DNA of 64,000 nucleotides from Pseudomonadota bacterium (lineage in GTDB: Bacteria; Pseudomonadota; Gammaproteobacteria; Pseudomonadales; Azotimanducaceae), in the NCBI GenBank assembly GCA_048621375.1, contig JBMCWS010000001.1, positions 2,754-66,753 on the forward strand. The letters are read 5' to 3'. How positions within the stretch are numbered: the first letter of the stretch is position 1; every line of letters begins with the position of its first letter. The notes below the pieces were generated by a model. The model had not been told where the DNA came from. It ran no database searches and saw only the letters and a list, made by a program, of their open reading frames with translations. Shown one piece after another: positions 63,155-64,000 of this stretch. The translations under genes and the position numbers were made by a program.

Positions 63155-64000
63155 GGCGGCGCGTCGCCGTCGCGGAGCCGGGCGCCCGGGTGGAAGAGGT
63201 GCGCATAGCCGTTGATCGCGTCCGCCGCGGTCAGCGTACCGCCCTTGCCGACGTCGAGCTTGAGGCCGAACAGCCGCAAACGGCCCGACCCGCAGGCCAC
63301 GGTGAGGGCATCCCGCCCGGCCTCGATCAGGGTTCCGGGCTCGGCGTCCGCGGCTGCGTCGCTGGCCCGGGCCGCCAGCAGGCGCACCCGGGCATCGCCG
63401 GCCCGCGCCAACGGCGGCATGCGGCTGGCGAGCGCGCGTACCTGGCGCTCGATGTGAATTGCCGGAGCGGACCAGTGGACGATCGCGTCCTCGCGTTCGA
63501 GCTTGCGCGCGTACGTCGCGCCCGCCGTGGGCTGCGGCGTAGGAACGCGCTGCGGCAGGTCGGCAAGGCATTCGAGCAGCGCCCCGGCGCCCAGATCGCC
63601 CAGCATGGCCTCGAGTGCCGGGGTGTCCACGTCGTCCGGCAAACGTCGGCGCCGGCAGAGATACACCGGGCCGGTATCGAGGCCTTCGTCCATGCGCATG
63701 ATGCAGACGCCGGATTCCCGGTCGCCGGCGAGGATGGTGCGCTCGATGGGCGCGGCGCCCCGCCAGCGCGGCAACAGGGAAGGATGCACGTTGATGCAGC
63801 CCAATCGCGGGGTGTCGAGCACGCCCCTGGGCAGGAGCAATCCGTAAGCCGCCACCACCAGCACGTCCAACTCCAGCGCCGCGAGGGTGGCGATCGTCTC
63901 GGCAGCGGCGAGCGACTCGGGCTGATGCACGGGTAGACCGTGGGACTCGGCGAGTACCTTAACCGGCGATGGCCGGACTTTGCGGCCCCGTCCGACCGGG
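63151..64000 (-). CDS. fmt: Methionyl-tRNA formyltransferase (C-terminal ~282 codons; 5' end beyond window)
   Basis: The frame stays open to the window edge: ...RKVRPSPVKVLAESHGLPVHQPESL... Motif INVHPSLLPRWRGAAPI. Confidence 0.93.
   Translation of the reverse strand, partial: PVGRGRKVRPSPVKVLAESHGLPVHQPESLAAAETIATLAALELDVLVVAAYGLLLPRGVLDTPRLGCINVHPSLLPRWRGAAPIERTILAGDRESGVCIMRMDEGLDTGPVYLCRRRRLPDDVDTPALEAMLGDLGAGALLECLADLPQRVPTPQPTAGATYARKLEREDAIVHWSAPAIHIERQVRALASRMPPLARAGDARVRLLAARASDAAADAEPGTLIEAGRDALTVACGSGRLRLFGLKLDVGKGGTLTAADAINGYAHLFHPGARLRDGDAPP

Overview
This is a high-GC (roughly 68-70% by eye) gammaproteobacterial chromosome segment spanning the replication-origin neighbourhood. 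It is almost entirely tightly packed core genes. All calls come from motif recognition and hand translation; no searches were run.

Gene order resembles Pseudomonas and halophilic Chromatiales: ftsX-ftsE-ftsY, rsmD-coaD, fpg, rpmB-rpmG, radC, coaBC-algC-argB-slmA, pyrE-rph, and yicC-gmk-rpoZ-spoT-ridA-recG. Next come a SadB-like YbaK/HDOD gene, a DAACS symporter, rubredoxin, and ubiA fused into a TRAP-transporter operon. Then follow uvrD, glmS-glmU, atpIBEFHAGDC, parAB, rsmG-mnmG, mnmE, and yidC-yidD-rnpA-rpmH. After a 566-bp noncoding gap come dnaA-dnaN-recF-gyrB, then plsC-gmhB, lpxL, and trkH-trkA-rsmB-fmt.

Twenty-three consecutive genes (29276-50135) are on the minus strand. The strand switches at the rpmH/dnaA gap, which holds a DnaA-box cluster and is the likely oriC. 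Two ParB-type parS palindromes lie inside recF.

I saw no rRNA, tRNA, CRISPR array, IS or prophage, or obvious defence island. I cannot point to a clearly novel multi-gene system.

The least ordinary items are:
- a translationally coupled ubiA-TRAP(QM)-amidohydrolase operon, whose TRAP binding protein and a crotonase sit in a separate convergent operon, with no ubiC next to ubiA;
- a ~380-aa two-TM sensor-like module in frame with the AlgC phosphomannomutase, with a good internal RBS and ATG;
- a basic Gly-rich N-terminal extension on SpoT;
- small exported proteins of unknown function start/stop-coupled to fpg and pyrE;
- a SlmA-box-like palindrome in recG.

Many very long ORFs in the track are antisense or off-frame artefacts of high GC and were rejected.
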